Positions 18,511-27,985 of a stretch of 31,164 nt of DNA are shown here, piece by piece; position 1 is the first letter of the stretch; each line of letters begins with the position of its first letter. Source of the DNA: a virus (taxonomy: Duplodnaviria > Heunggongvirae > Uroviricota > Caudoviricetes); IMG/VR virus record IMGVR_UViG_2713896902_000001. One strand, 5' to 3'. The translations under genes and the position numbers were made by a program. The notes below the pieces were generated by a model that saw only the letters and a list, made by a program, of their open reading frames with translations, made no database searches and was not told the DNA's origin.

Positions 18511-18874
18511 AAATGCAGAAATGGCGCTTAGCTCCGCAATCGGAGAGCTGGTGGCAAAGATTGCTGGTGCTGTGTGGATTCATAACCTTCATTCTACTGG
18601 TGAAGAGAAAATGGCAATTCAGACGCCAGAGGGACGCACCATTACTACATCTCTGAAGCCGTCAGATGTTTGTGATCTGATTTGCGCATTCATGTACCCA
18701 GCAATGAGGACTGTCCACGGCGATAAGTGGAAACTTGCGACAACCGCTGAATTTGATATGTGGCTAAACAATGATGGCATGCTGACTGATTACGGAATAA
18801 CCAAGTGGCAGATGCTGGTTAGCCATATCGCAAACGCTATAGACCACGTGGGGTACGGTGATGCGAAACATTGA
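18503..18874 (+). CDS. hypothetical protein (123 aa)
   Basis: Track ORF; overlaps neighbours at both ends. Confidence 0.6.
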   Translation: MRENAEMALSSAIGELVAKIAGAVWIHNLHSTGEEKMAIQTPEGRTITTSLKPSDVCDLICAFMYPAMRTVHGDKWKLATTAEFDMWLNNDGMLTDYGITKWQMLVSHIANAIDHVGYGDAKH

Positions 18875-21617
18875 TCTTATCCGTCAGGTTATCAGTGCGT
18901 CTGAAAACAACTGGCCTCATGTGCTGGGCTGCCTGAACATAAATGTCCCTGACTCTCCGCGCCGTCATGCTCCCTGCCCTGCATGTGGGGGCAAAGATCG
19001 ATTCCGGTTCGATGACAACGGGCGCGGTAGCTTCATCTGTAATCAGTGCGGCGCTGGTGATGGGCTGGATTTAATTAAACGCGTAAATAACTGCGACACA
19101 ACAGAGGCGGCGCTTCTTGCCGCTGATGTTCTGGGTATTGATTACCGGACAACGGAAACACCAGAAGCCACCAGCCAGAAACGGGAACAACTGGAAACCG
19201 AGCGCCAGCGACGCGAACAGGAGCGCCTGAAAAGGGCAGAGAAGGACGAACAACAAAGACGGGATACGTTTTCCCGTCAGTTTGATGACATGCGCAGAAA
19301 GGCTGTAAACGGCAAATCTGATTATCTGGTTGCGAAAGGGGTAGGTGATTTTACATTCCCCGTGTTGCCTGATGGATCTCTGTTGCTGGCGCTGGTGGAT
19401 AAATCCGGCGCAGTCACAGCAGCACAGACTATTACCTCACATGGTGAAAAAAGACTCCTGACAGGTTCAGCAAAGCGGGGGGCATATCACGCCATAAACG
19501 CACCAGAAACAACACAGAGCATCTTAATCGCAGAAGGGCTGGCAACGGCATTATCTGCCCATTTAATTCGTCCAGAGGCGCTGACAGTGGCGGCGATTGA
19601 TGCCGGGAACCTGTTATATGTCGCCCAGGTACTGCGGGATAAATTTCCTTCAGCACAAATCATCATTGCTGCGGATAACGACCACAGCGAAGGAAGACAA
19701 AACACGGGGAGAATAGCAGCAGAAAAAGCAGCTTTATCTGTTTCTGGATGGGTGGCATTACCCCCGACAGGTCACAAAGCAGACTGGAATGATTACCACC
19801 AAAAACACGGCATTAAATGCGCCACAGAAGCGTTCAATAAGTCAATGTACCAACCACAGGGTAATGGCGTGAAACAGGAGCCACAGACCATTGAGGGAAG
19901 CGATTTTAAGGTTATGGATACCGACCCACTGAAACCAAGAATAGAAAGCCGCGAGGATGGTATTTATTGGGTATCTCCGAGAGCTGACAGCCAGAGTGGA
20001 GAAATCATCAATAACGAAAGCTGGTTATGTTCTCCGTTAAGCGTTATCGGTACTGGCAGAGACGATAAAGACCAGTATCTCATTCTTCGCTGGCTGTCGT
20101 TTGGTTCTGAAACGCCGACAACCGCTGCCATTCCACTGGCTGATATTGGTGAACGTGAAGGATGGCGCACACTTAAAGCTGGTGGGGTAAATGTCACGAC
20201 CAAAAGCAGCCTCAGAGCAATACTGGCAGACTGGCTACAACGCAGTGGCTCTCGTGAATTGTGGCGTGTTGCTCATGCCACTGGCTGGCAATGCGGAGCG
20301 TACATCATGCCTGATGGGGAAATCATCGGAACACCTGAAAATCCTGTGCTGTTCAGCGGGAGAAGCTCAGCCGCAGCCGGATATACCGTCTCAGGGAGCG
20401 CGAAAAGCTGGCGTGATAACGTGGCGCGTCTGGCCTTTGGTAACTATTCAATGATGACCGGGATCGGCGCAGCACTGGCAGCGCCATTGATTGGGCTGGT
20501 GGGCGCTGACGGGTTCGGCATTCATTTCTATGAGCAGTCGAGCGCAGGTAAGACCACCACGGCAAACGTGGCGAGCAGCTTATACGGCAACCCTGATTTA
20601 CTGCGGCTGACGTGGTATGGAACCGCGCTGGGGCTGGCAAATGAGGCCGCCGCCCACAATGACGGACTAATGCCGCTTGATGAAGTTGGTCAGGGCGCTG
20701 ATCCTGTCAGCGTTTCACAGTCTGCCTATGCGTTATTTAACGGTGTAGGGAAACTGCAAGGCGCTAAAGATGGTGGAAACCGGGATCTAAAACGCTGGCG
20801 TACAGTGGCAATCAGCACCGGAGAAATGGATTTAGAAACATTTATCGCTACTTCCGGGCGAAAAACCAAAGCCGGGCAACTGGTGCGACTGCTGAATATT
20901 CCGTTGAGTAAAGCAGTACGCTTTCACGATTACCAGAACGGAAAACAGCACGCAGACGCACTGAAAGACGCTTACCAGCATCACCACGGCGCAGCCGGGC
21001 GTGAGTGGATTAAATGGCTGGCAGACCACCAGCAACAGGCAATTAAAACTGTTCGTGACTGCGAAAGCAGATGGAGAAGTCTGATCCCATCCGATTATGG
21101 TGAGCAGGTTCACCGTGTAGCCGCGCGATTTGCCATTCTGGAGGCCGCATTGCTGTTAGGCGAGGTTGTAACAGGCTGGGATGCTCAGACATGCCGTGAT
21201 GCGATACAGCACAGCTATAACGCATGGTTGCGCGAGTTCGGCACAGGTAACAAAGAACATCAGCAGATTATTGAACAAACGGAGGCATTTCTTAATGCCT
21301 ATGGGCTTAGCCGTTTTGCACCATTTCCATACAGCCCGGCAGATTTGCCCATCAAAGATTTAGCCGGATACCGTCAGCGTGGAGAACATGACGAAAGCCC
21401 AATGATTTTCTACACATTCCCGGCCACATTTGAAAAGGAGATCGCATGTGGTTTCAACGCAAAACAGTTTGCTGAAGTGTTGAAAAAAGCCGGGATGCTA
21501 ACCCCACCAAACAGTGGTCGTGGATACCAAAGAAAATCACCACGTATTCAGGGACGACAAATAAACGTTTATGTACTCAATTACCAGCCAGGAGATTACA
21601 ACTCATCTGAAGAATGA
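18861..21617 (+). CDS. primase-helicase, P4 alpha-like (zinc-ribbon + TOPRIM primase, C-terminal NTPase)
   Basis: Zinc ribbon CPACGGKDRFRFDD...CNQCG; TOPRIM acidic motif IIAADNDHSEGRQ; Walker A-like SSAGKTT and Walker B-like LMPLDEVG; followed directly by the iteron cluster. Confidence 0.9.
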   Translation: MRNIDLIRQVISASENNWPHVLGCLNINVPDSPRRHAPCPACGGKDRFRFDDNGRGSFICNQCGAGDGLDLIKRVNNCDTTEAALLAADVLGIDYRTTETPEATSQKREQLETERQRREQERLKRAEKDEQQRRDTFSRQFDDMRRKAVNGKSDYLVAKGVGDFTFPVLPDGSLLLALVDKSGAVTAAQTITSHGEKRLLTGSAKRGAYHAINAPETTQSILIAEGLATALSAHLIRPEALTVAAIDAGNLLYVAQVLRDKFPSAQIIIAADNDHSEGRQNTGRIAAEKAALSVSGWVALPPTGHKADWNDYHQKHGIKCATEAFNKSMYQPQGNGVKQEPQTIEGSDFKVMDTDPLKPRIESREDGIYWVSPRADSQSGEIINNESWLCSPLSVIGTGRDDKDQYLILRWLSFGSETPTTAAIPLADIGEREGWRTLKAGGVNVTTKSSLRAILADWLQRSGSRELWRVAHATGWQCGAYIMPDGEIIGTPENPVLFSGRSSAAAGYTVSGSAKSWRDNVARLAFGNYSMMTGIGAALAAPLIGLVGADGFGIHFYEQSSAGKTTTANVASSLYGNPDLLRLTWYGTALGLANEAAAHNDGLMPLDEVGQGADPVSVSQSAYALFNGVGKLQGAKDGGNRDLKRWRTVAISTGEMDLETFIATSGRKTKAGQLVRLLNIPLSKAVRFHDYQNGKQHADALKDAYQHHHGAAGREWIKWLADHQQQAIKTVRDCESRWRSLIPSDYGEQVHRVAARFAILEAALLLGEVVTGWDAQTCRDAIQHSYNAWLREFGTGNKEHQQIIEQTEAFLNAYGLSRFAPFPYSPADLPIKDLAGYRQRGEHDESPMIFYTFPATFEKEIACGFNAKQFAEVLKKAGMLTPPNSGRGYQRKSPRIQGRQINVYVLNYQPGDYNSSEE

Positions 21618-21641
21618 GCTACTTCATGTGCGTAGAAAAGG

Positions 21642-21753
21642 TGTTGGTTCAGTTGGTTCAGTTGGTTCAATTTGTAAAGAGCGTTGTTTTATAAGGATTT
21701 TATTCTTTTTGTTGAACCAACACTGAACCAACAACACGGCATTTTGAACCAAC
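21642..21753. repeat. ori-like iteron cluster: 3 tandem GTTGGTTCA, AT-rich spacer, 3 inverted copies (TGAACCAAC)
   Basis: ggtgttggttcagttggttcagttggttcaatttgtaaagagcgttgttttataaggattttattctttttgttgaaccaacactgaaccaacaacacggcattttgaaccaacac immediately 3' of the primase gene. Confidence 0.6.
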
Positions 21754-21850
21754 ACAATGTGACTGAATTGATGTGCACAACACCTGGCTGGCATTAGAGA
21801 GTGTTTTACGAAATCTGAACACCACATCAACTGGTTTCAGTGGGAGATTG

Positions 21851-22309
21851 ATGATGAAGATAATCGCAAAGGCTTTTCATCATGTATTTGGCAAAGTATC
21901 CGATTTGCCATCTGTAATACCGATGAACAACAGAAGGGAGACGCTGCTTGATGTGGTTGTGTTCCCATACATAGACCTTTCTGAACCAATGAAAGCAACT
22001 CTTTTCAGAAAGTATCTTGGCGACTTTAAACGCCGTTTTACAGGCGTTAACGGGATGGTTGATATCTGCGCCATCAGAGATATTGTTGAACTTGCAGGGA
22101 TTAATTTGTGGGGAGAAGCGGCAGCAGCATACAAATGGCTTGAACGCCTGCACTGTGTTTCATTCAGTGACATGAGTGCTGATATCGCTTTAATGGTTCC
22201 TCACAAAATCAATATGGTCTTTGCTGGTGGCAATTACACTTATCCATGGAACAAGGAACAAAGAGAGAACAGGAAAGCTCACGCCATGAAGAGTAATGCG
22301 ACTCCATAA
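21851..22309 (+). CDS. hypothetical protein (152 aa)
   Basis: Track ORF 21773..22309; start placed at ATG 21851 with GGGAGA RBS, since the track start lies inside the iterons. Confidence 0.5.
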   Translation: MMKIIAKAFHHVFGKVSDLPSVIPMNNRRETLLDVVVFPYIDLSEPMKATLFRKYLGDFKRRFTGVNGMVDICAIRDIVELAGINLWGEAAAAYKWLERLHCVSFSDMSADIALMVPHKINMVFAGGNYTYPWNKEQRENRKAHAMKSNATP

Positions 22310-22363
22310 ATATAGTTTTTAGAGTCCATAAAAAACTGTCAAAACTTGACATACAGAACGATG

Positions 22364-22395
22364 CCACCAGCTACTGAGCGGTGGCATTTTCTTGT
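22364..22395 (+). terminator. Rho-independent terminator candidate
   Basis: GCCACCagctactgagcGGTGGC followed by attttcttg; a TTGACA -35-like element sits just upstream at about 22346. Confidence 0.45.
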
Positions 22396-22488
22396 GCTAT
22401 TCGTTTCACATTTTGCAATGAACATGATGAATGTTGCGTTTTATGAAACTATAATAACTGTTGTTTTATACAGTTCTAAGGGGGCGTT

Positions 22489-22650
22489 ATGGCTATTTCA
22501 GTAAAGCCGGTATTGATAAGTGAGAAGCAAATGGAAGCGATAAAGAAAATTCAGGAAGAGCAGCGTAAAAAATCAGGAATTGGAGTAGCGCCAACTCTGC
22601 ATGAAATTGCACGAGGGTTAATAGATAAGGCGCTGGCAGGCTGTATGTGA
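22489..22650 (+). CDS. hypothetical small protein (53 aa), possibly RHH-like
   Basis: AAGGGGG RBS then ATG 22489; MAISVKPVLISEKQMEAIKKIQEEQRKKSGIGVAPTLHEIARGLIDKALAGCM; below track cutoff. Confidence 0.35.
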   Translation: MAISVKPVLISEKQMEAIKKIQEEQRKKSGIGVAPTLHEIARGLIDKALAGCM

Positions 22651-22666
22651 AAATGGATGGCACCGC

Positions 22667-23128
22667 ATGGAACTAAAATTTATTGATAACCCGGTGCGAT
22701 TACAGGCCTTTCTTAACGAGCCTGCCAATACCGAAAATATTGTTGAGCCGGGGCACACGTACTACATCAAGCCTGATGCGGTATATCTCGGCATCTACGA
22801 AGGATTGGTGCTGGCTGGCGTTCATGAAGTGCGTAACTTCTGGCATAGCATTGTTGAATGTCATGCGGTGTACGACCCCGGATTCCGTGGTGAATATGCA
22901 CTGCAAGGGCATCGATTATTCTGCAAATGGCTTCTCGAAAACTCACCATTCCTTAACAGCATCACTATGGTTCCTGACACCACGAAATACGGACGGTCAA
23001 TTATCCGTTTGCTTGGCGCTACCCGTGTTGGTCACCTGGCCGATGCATATATCAGATGTGGTAAACCCGTCGGCGTAACGCTTTATCAGTTAACTCGGCA
23101 ACAATATAAGGAACTCAGCGAATGTTAA
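22667..23128 (+). CDS. hypothetical protein (153 aa)
   Basis: Track ORF; stop overlaps the next gene start. Confidence 0.6.
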   Translation: MELKFIDNPVRLQAFLNEPANTENIVEPGHTYYIKPDAVYLGIYEGLVLAGVHEVRNFWHSIVECHAVYDPGFRGEYALQGHRLFCKWLLENSPFLNSITMVPDTTKYGRSIIRLLGATRVGHLADAYIRCGKPVGVTLYQLTRQQYKELSEC

Positions 23129-23799
23129 TTACCCATATAGCTCATAAACATCTCAATCGTGCCGTATACGAAAAAGGCGGTGATGGTGGTGCCTCTAAAG
23201 CTCAGGCGAAGGCCCAGCAGCAGGCAATTGATTTGCAGCGCGAGCAGTGGAATACGGTGATGAATAATCTCAAGCCGTATGCAGAAGTCGGATTGCCTGC
23301 TTTACAACAACTACAAGGGCTGATGACTCTGGAAGGGCAGAATAAAGCCGCGAATGATTTCTTTGGTTCTGGTTTATATAAAACACAGGCAGATCAGGCC
23401 CGTTATCAGAACCTTGTCTCAGCAGAAGCTACCGGGGGGCTTGGCTCAACAGCTACCAGTAACCAGTTATCTTCCATTGCGCCCATGCTTTATAACAATT
23501 GGCTTAGTGGGCAAATGCAAAATTATGGAAACCTGCTAAATGTCGGGATGAATGCGGCATCAGGGCAGGCAACGGCTGGGCAAAACTACGCCAATAATAC
23601 CGGACAACTCTTGCAGGGGCTTGGCGCTATTCGTGCAGGTCAGGCGCAGCAGCCATCCAGTCTTGCGCGTGGTATTGGTGGGGCAGCATCAGGCGCTTTA
23701 GCGGGTGCGCAACTTGGTTCCGTTGTTCCTGGAATAGGTACTGCGGCCGGCGCTATTGGTGGTGGGATTATTGGTCTTGTTGGGGGGCTTGGATTCTAA
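23122..23799 (+). CDS. Gly/Ala/Gln-rich protein with C-terminal glycine-zipper hydrophobic tail (225 aa); ejection/internal-virion-protein-like
   Basis: C-terminus GIGGAASGALAGAQLGSVVPGIGTAAGAIGGGIIGLVGGLGF; first of three translationally coupled genes. Confidence 0.6.
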   Translation: MLITHIAHKHLNRAVYEKGGDGGASKAQAKAQQQAIDLQREQWNTVMNNLKPYAEVGLPALQQLQGLMTLEGQNKAANDFFGSGLYKTQADQARYQNLVSAEATGGLGSTATSNQLSSIAPMLYNNWLSGQMQNYGNLLNVGMNAASGQATAGQNYANNTGQLLQGLGAIRAGQAQQPSSLARGIGGAASGALAGAQLGSVVPGIGTAAGAIGGGIIGLVGGLGF

Positions 23800-25118
23800 T
23801 GGCGACATGGCAACTTGGCGGGCTGCCTAGCATGGCACCGCAAAATGATAATGCTCCTCGTTCTTCCGTTCCTCAGCCCGTGCAGTATCAGCAGCAGCCA
23901 AACGTAGGTTTAATGGCGCTACAGGGGCTAAGAGGCGTTGCTGAGATTAATCAGCAGGCGCAAATTTCCCAGCAGCTAAAAGAATATCAGGCACGGTTGG
24001 GTAGTGCGGTAGCTAATAATGATCGTGTTAGCGTGCAGAAGTTAATGGCCCAGTATCCCCAGTTTATGGCTGATTCCCAAAAACAGATGGGATTCATTGA
24101 TGCTGAGCAAAATCGACAGACCGCTGACGCTGCCATGAATCTGCGTCTTGCGTCACAAACTGGAGATCCACTGACCATGCAGAAGGCCATTCAGCAGGCA
24201 AATCCAGTATTACAGCGATTTGGTCTTCCTGCTGAAGAGGTTTATCAGTCTTGGCAGAATGACCCACAGGAATTCAACAGAATCACTGACCTCATCCACC
24301 TCCATGCTGATCCAAATAGTTACTTTAGTGTTCAAGAGAAGCAGCAAGGGCAGAGCATTGCACAGCAGAACGCAGATACATCTGCATATAATGCTCAGGT
24401 TAATGCGGAACAGGGTAATCGGCGTCTCGATATGGAGCAGTTCAAAGTCCTATCCGATAACCAACTACGCACGAGAGAAATGGTTCTGAAAGCACGACTT
24501 GGACGTGCTCAAAATGACATCGAGAGAGACAAGCTCAATGCTGAACTGAGCAAGGTACAGCAGGCGAAAGTGGAGAAGATGAACGATAAAATTAATACTG
24601 TTGCAGGTAACATCGACTCCTTGAACTCTGCGCTTGAAGTGGGTCATGAACTGGCGGGAATTGTAGGGAAACATCCTTCGGCCGTTACCCGCTCGCAGAA
24701 CTATAACCCCCTGACGCTGGGGTTTGGATTCCTTCCTGATGTAGCAGAAGACACACGAAGCCTACGCGCCAAAGCTGATGAATACAACCTAAAGGTTATT
24801 CTGCCTAGCCTCAAAGGGACTTTTGGCTCTAACCCAACCGAAGGGGAAAGGGCTGCCCTTATGCAATCTCAAAATGGCATTAAGTCAGCAACCAGCAATG
24901 AGGCATTTTTACGAGAGTTGAATAAAGCGCAGGACGTAATTATTCGAATGCAGAAACGACAGATTGCCGGGCTCGGTATTCCTGTAACCAAATCTAAGGA
25001 CGAAGAAACTGATACCAAAATGCTGTTGCAGGATCCTTCACTGGTTAAGGATTATGTGACCGCACATGGCTATCTGCCGGAAAGTTACTATCAGGCAAAA
25101 CTTAAGGGATGGCAATGA
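23799..25118 (+). CDS. Gln-rich coiled-coil protein (439 aa); ejection/internal-virion-protein-like
   Basis: Track ORF; start overlaps the upstream stop; low-complexity Q/A-rich heptad-like segments. Confidence 0.65.
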   Translation: MATWQLGGLPSMAPQNDNAPRSSVPQPVQYQQQPNVGLMALQGLRGVAEINQQAQISQQLKEYQARLGSAVANNDRVSVQKLMAQYPQFMADSQKQMGFIDAEQNRQTADAAMNLRLASQTGDPLTMQKAIQQANPVLQRFGLPAEEVYQSWQNDPQEFNRITDLIHLHADPNSYFSVQEKQQGQSIAQQNADTSAYNAQVNAEQGNRRLDMEQFKVLSDNQLRTREMVLKARLGRAQNDIERDKLNAELSKVQQAKVEKMNDKINTVAGNIDSLNSALEVGHELAGIVGKHPSAVTRSQNYNPLTLGFGFLPDVAEDTRSLRAKADEYNLKVILPSLKGTFGSNPTEGERAALMQSQNGIKSATSNEAFLRELNKAQDVIIRMQKRQIAGLGIPVTKSKDEETDTKMLLQDPSLVKDYVTAHGYLPESYYQAKLKGWQ

Positions 25119-27835
25119 TGGCACAACTGACAGAAAAACAGAAAGCCTATTCCCGTCATCTCGATGAAAAATATGGTTTCCCATCAGGGACGATGGAAAC
25201 ATTAGTTGGCAATGAATCTAGTGGTAACGGAAGTGCCGAGTCACCGAAAGGAGCTAGAGGATTTGCTCAACTGATGCCCTCAGTAATGAGTGATGCTGGT
25301 TATCGTGGAACTGATCCGCGCTCACTGCCATTTGAAAAGCAAATGGATATCGCAGCAAACCATCTCAATAAAGGAATGAAGCGATTTGGTGATATAGGTA
25401 TGGCATTGGCTGGGTATAATTCTGGCTATGCTCGTATTAATGCCGTCAGAAACGGTAAATCTACACTGCCAGATGAAACGGCTAATTACGTAAGTAAATT
25501 TGCAGATGCCGGAATAATCCCTGATGACAGTGAAATCTTGCAGTTTGCACAAACCAGTCAACATCGCAATCTTCAGCAGCCTGACTACTCAGAGCTTGAT
25601 AAAGAAATCTCTCAGGTGGGAGATATTTCTGCATGGGAAGCAAAACGTCAGCAATTTAAGAACATAGAAGCAGGACTACCAACAGCCAGTTCATGGGAGC
25701 AGAAAAGAGCTCAGTTTCTCGCCGATGAAAATGCCGGGGAACCGCAGCAGCAAGTAGCCAAGTCTAACCTTAATCCTGAGATGGAATATCTTTCGCCAGG
25801 ACTGAAAGCTGCGCCAGAGCAGATGGCCAGAGGGATTGCTAATATACCGTTTGATGTAATGGACGCAGGCGTGGGGGTAGTCAATGCGGCGCAATCAGCC
25901 GGAGCATGGGCAGCTCAGAAGCTTGGTGTGGGTGATGGCACATACACGCCCATATCACCTGTCTTTCGCCCAGTAGACCAACCTACAGATCCATACGCGC
26001 AGGCTGGTGAGCAGCTAGCACCTTACCTTATTACAGGATTAGGTGCAGGAAAGGCAGCTACCGCAGCTTCTTCAGTTGCCAACGCTCCACGTGCTGAACG
26101 TGCGGCCACAAAGGTGGCTAGTATGTTGGCAGAAAACCTGCCAGGTACATTGGTGAACGCCCAAAAGAACGGGCAGATCAGCCCAGAAGACCTAGCAAAA
26201 GAGACAGGTATTGGCCTAGCAGGATCGCTAGGAGCACGCGCTTTAATAAAGAGCGGACAGACAGCCAGTGACGTAATGCGAGATGTATTGCGGAGTAATA
26301 CAAATCAATCAGGCCATGTGTTAGGGGCAGCAAATACTCTGGAAACCGCCAATGATGTATCGAAAGCAGCGCGTTCTGCCGTAGGCCGAGAGCATATCGC
26401 ATCGCAGGCATCAAACGTCAGAGATGATGTCGCTAAGGCGGCGAAAATCACTGGTATTAATATCAACACCCTGACGCCTGGAATGCGCTCAGGTAGTCGT
26501 GGAATTGCCCAAGCAGAAGGTGTTCTGGCATCAACTCCTGGGAATGTTCAGGATGCTCACCTTACGGCCTTCAATGAAATATCCTCAAAGTTGAATAAGC
26601 AGTTGTCTGATTTCGGTGCTGAGTCTGGAAGCGCATCAGAAAAAAGCGCAGCAATTAAAGAGCGCATCATCGCGAGCCTCAGTGATATGAAAACAGCAGA
26701 GAATATGGCATGGGCAGAACTGCGAAGCACGATGCCACGCGAAAGGATGAAAATGAGTAATGGGATGGCTGTCGTCCAAGCAGAAAAAGCAGCCAATGTT
26801 CCACTCAGCCCGGAGATGAAACAGTTTCAGGCTGCCAACAACCAAGGTGGCGGCATAACCTTCGACGGGATGAAGGCATGGCGTGCTAAGTTTGCTGATG
26901 CTGAACAAGCAAACACCCGGGCAGGTAAGGCCAATGCCGCCCGGATTGCCGGAGAAATGCGCAGAGCTATCACTGATGACATGCGCATCATGGCTGAAAA
27001 AGGAAACTTCCTCACAGAATGGCAGAAAGCTAACGATCTCTCTAAAAGTTACATTATCGCCAAACAAAATGCCGAATCTGTTTTTGGTCGAGATCTCGCA
27101 TCAGACGCTATGGTAAGAAAAGGTGTCGATACGCTTAAGGCATCCGCAAACACTGGAACGGGAGCTTTTCACCGCCTTATCTCCGCGCTGCCGGAAGCAG
27201 AACGCCAACCAGCAATAGCATCTATTCTTCAGCATGCTGTGGCGCAGGGAGAGAAGGGAGGAATCGGTGAAGAGTCTGGTATCCAGTATTTTGCCAAGCT
27301 CATGACCCAGCAGAATGTAAACGCCATCAGTCGTCATGCGCCAGATCTCGGTAGAATGATGAAAGAGTTCGGTGTACTCGCTAAAGCCAGCACCAGACCG
27401 CAGCGATACGTAGAACGCACGGGAAGAACAACTGAGGCTCTCAAAACGCTCGATTCAGGCCTTCCAAAGATCGTCGGTGTGATTATGAACGGAGTTCAAC
27501 AGTCAGGTGCGATCGCTGGAGGCTTTGGCGGTGGTGTAATTGGTTCGATTAGTGGTTTGGTTGCTGGTGGCGCACTGAGAAATACTGTGGCTAAGATTGG
27601 GGCGACAAGAAGTGGTCGATATGCGATAGAGAAAGCCGTTCAGGAAGCTACAAAAGCAGTGCGCGCAGGGGCATCACCAGCAGCGATCGCCGCAGCAGAG
27701 AAACGATTTTCGGCCAATAAAATTGCCATGAAAGCAATTCGTGATGCCGTTGGGGCTGAAGAATTCGTGAAACTGACAAGGGCCGGGATTGTAGCTACCC
27801 TCAGTGGCATGAAAGATGTTAGCGAATGGGAATAG
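25109..27835 (+). CDS. large protein with N-terminal lytic transglycosylase (SLT) domain and Ala/Gly-rich C-terminal region (908 aa); ejection/internal-virion-protein-like or tape-measure-like
   Basis: SLT-type motifs near the N-terminus (NESSGNGSAESPKGARGFAQLMPS ... ALAGYNSGYARIN); glycine-rich hydrophobic segment GVQQSGAIAGGFGGGVIGSISGLVAGGAL near the C-terminus. Confidence 0.8.
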   Translation: MAMMAQLTEKQKAYSRHLDEKYGFPSGTMETLVGNESSGNGSAESPKGARGFAQLMPSVMSDAGYRGTDPRSLPFEKQMDIAANHLNKGMKRFGDIGMALAGYNSGYARINAVRNGKSTLPDETANYVSKFADAGIIPDDSEILQFAQTSQHRNLQQPDYSELDKEISQVGDISAWEAKRQQFKNIEAGLPTASSWEQKRAQFLADENAGEPQQQVAKSNLNPEMEYLSPGLKAAPEQMARGIANIPFDVMDAGVGVVNAAQSAGAWAAQKLGVGDGTYTPISPVFRPVDQPTDPYAQAGEQLAPYLITGLGAGKAATAASSVANAPRAERAATKVASMLAENLPGTLVNAQKNGQISPEDLAKETGIGLAGSLGARALIKSGQTASDVMRDVLRSNTNQSGHVLGAANTLETANDVSKAARSAVGREHIASQASNVRDDVAKAAKITGININTLTPGMRSGSRGIAQAEGVLASTPGNVQDAHLTAFNEISSKLNKQLSDFGAESGSASEKSAAIKERIIASLSDMKTAENMAWAELRSTMPRERMKMSNGMAVVQAEKAANVPLSPEMKQFQAANNQGGGITFDGMKAWRAKFADAEQANTRAGKANAARIAGEMRRAITDDMRIMAEKGNFLTEWQKANDLSKSYIIAKQNAESVFGRDLASDAMVRKGVDTLKASANTGTGAFHRLISALPEAERQPAIASILQHAVAQGEKGGIGEESGIQYFAKLMTQQNVNAISRHAPDLGRMMKEFGVLAKASTRPQRYVERTGRTTEALKTLDSGLPKIVGVIMNGVQQSGAIAGGFGGGVIGSISGLVAGGALRNTVAKIGATRSGRYAIEKAVQEATKAVRAGASPAAIAAAEKRFSANKIAMKAIRDAVGAEEFVKLTRAGIVATLSGMKDVSEWE

Positions 27836-27985
27836 ACGCTCTAACTAACAAAACCATAATAGCCAAGGACGGCATACTGATATTGAGCCAACTATCAAAA
27901 TTCCATATCACATTACGAGCCTGTGGCTTACATTCGCTTACAGTGATGATAATTTATAACCACGCAATTCTTAGGTGAGATTATC

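Noticed and set aside
19071-21225. Several 60-95-aa ORFs on the minus strand and in alternate plus frames inside the primase-helicase gene
   Set aside because: All lie within a well-supported 919-aa gene with clear domain motifs; no RBS support; typical GC-rich antisense ORFs
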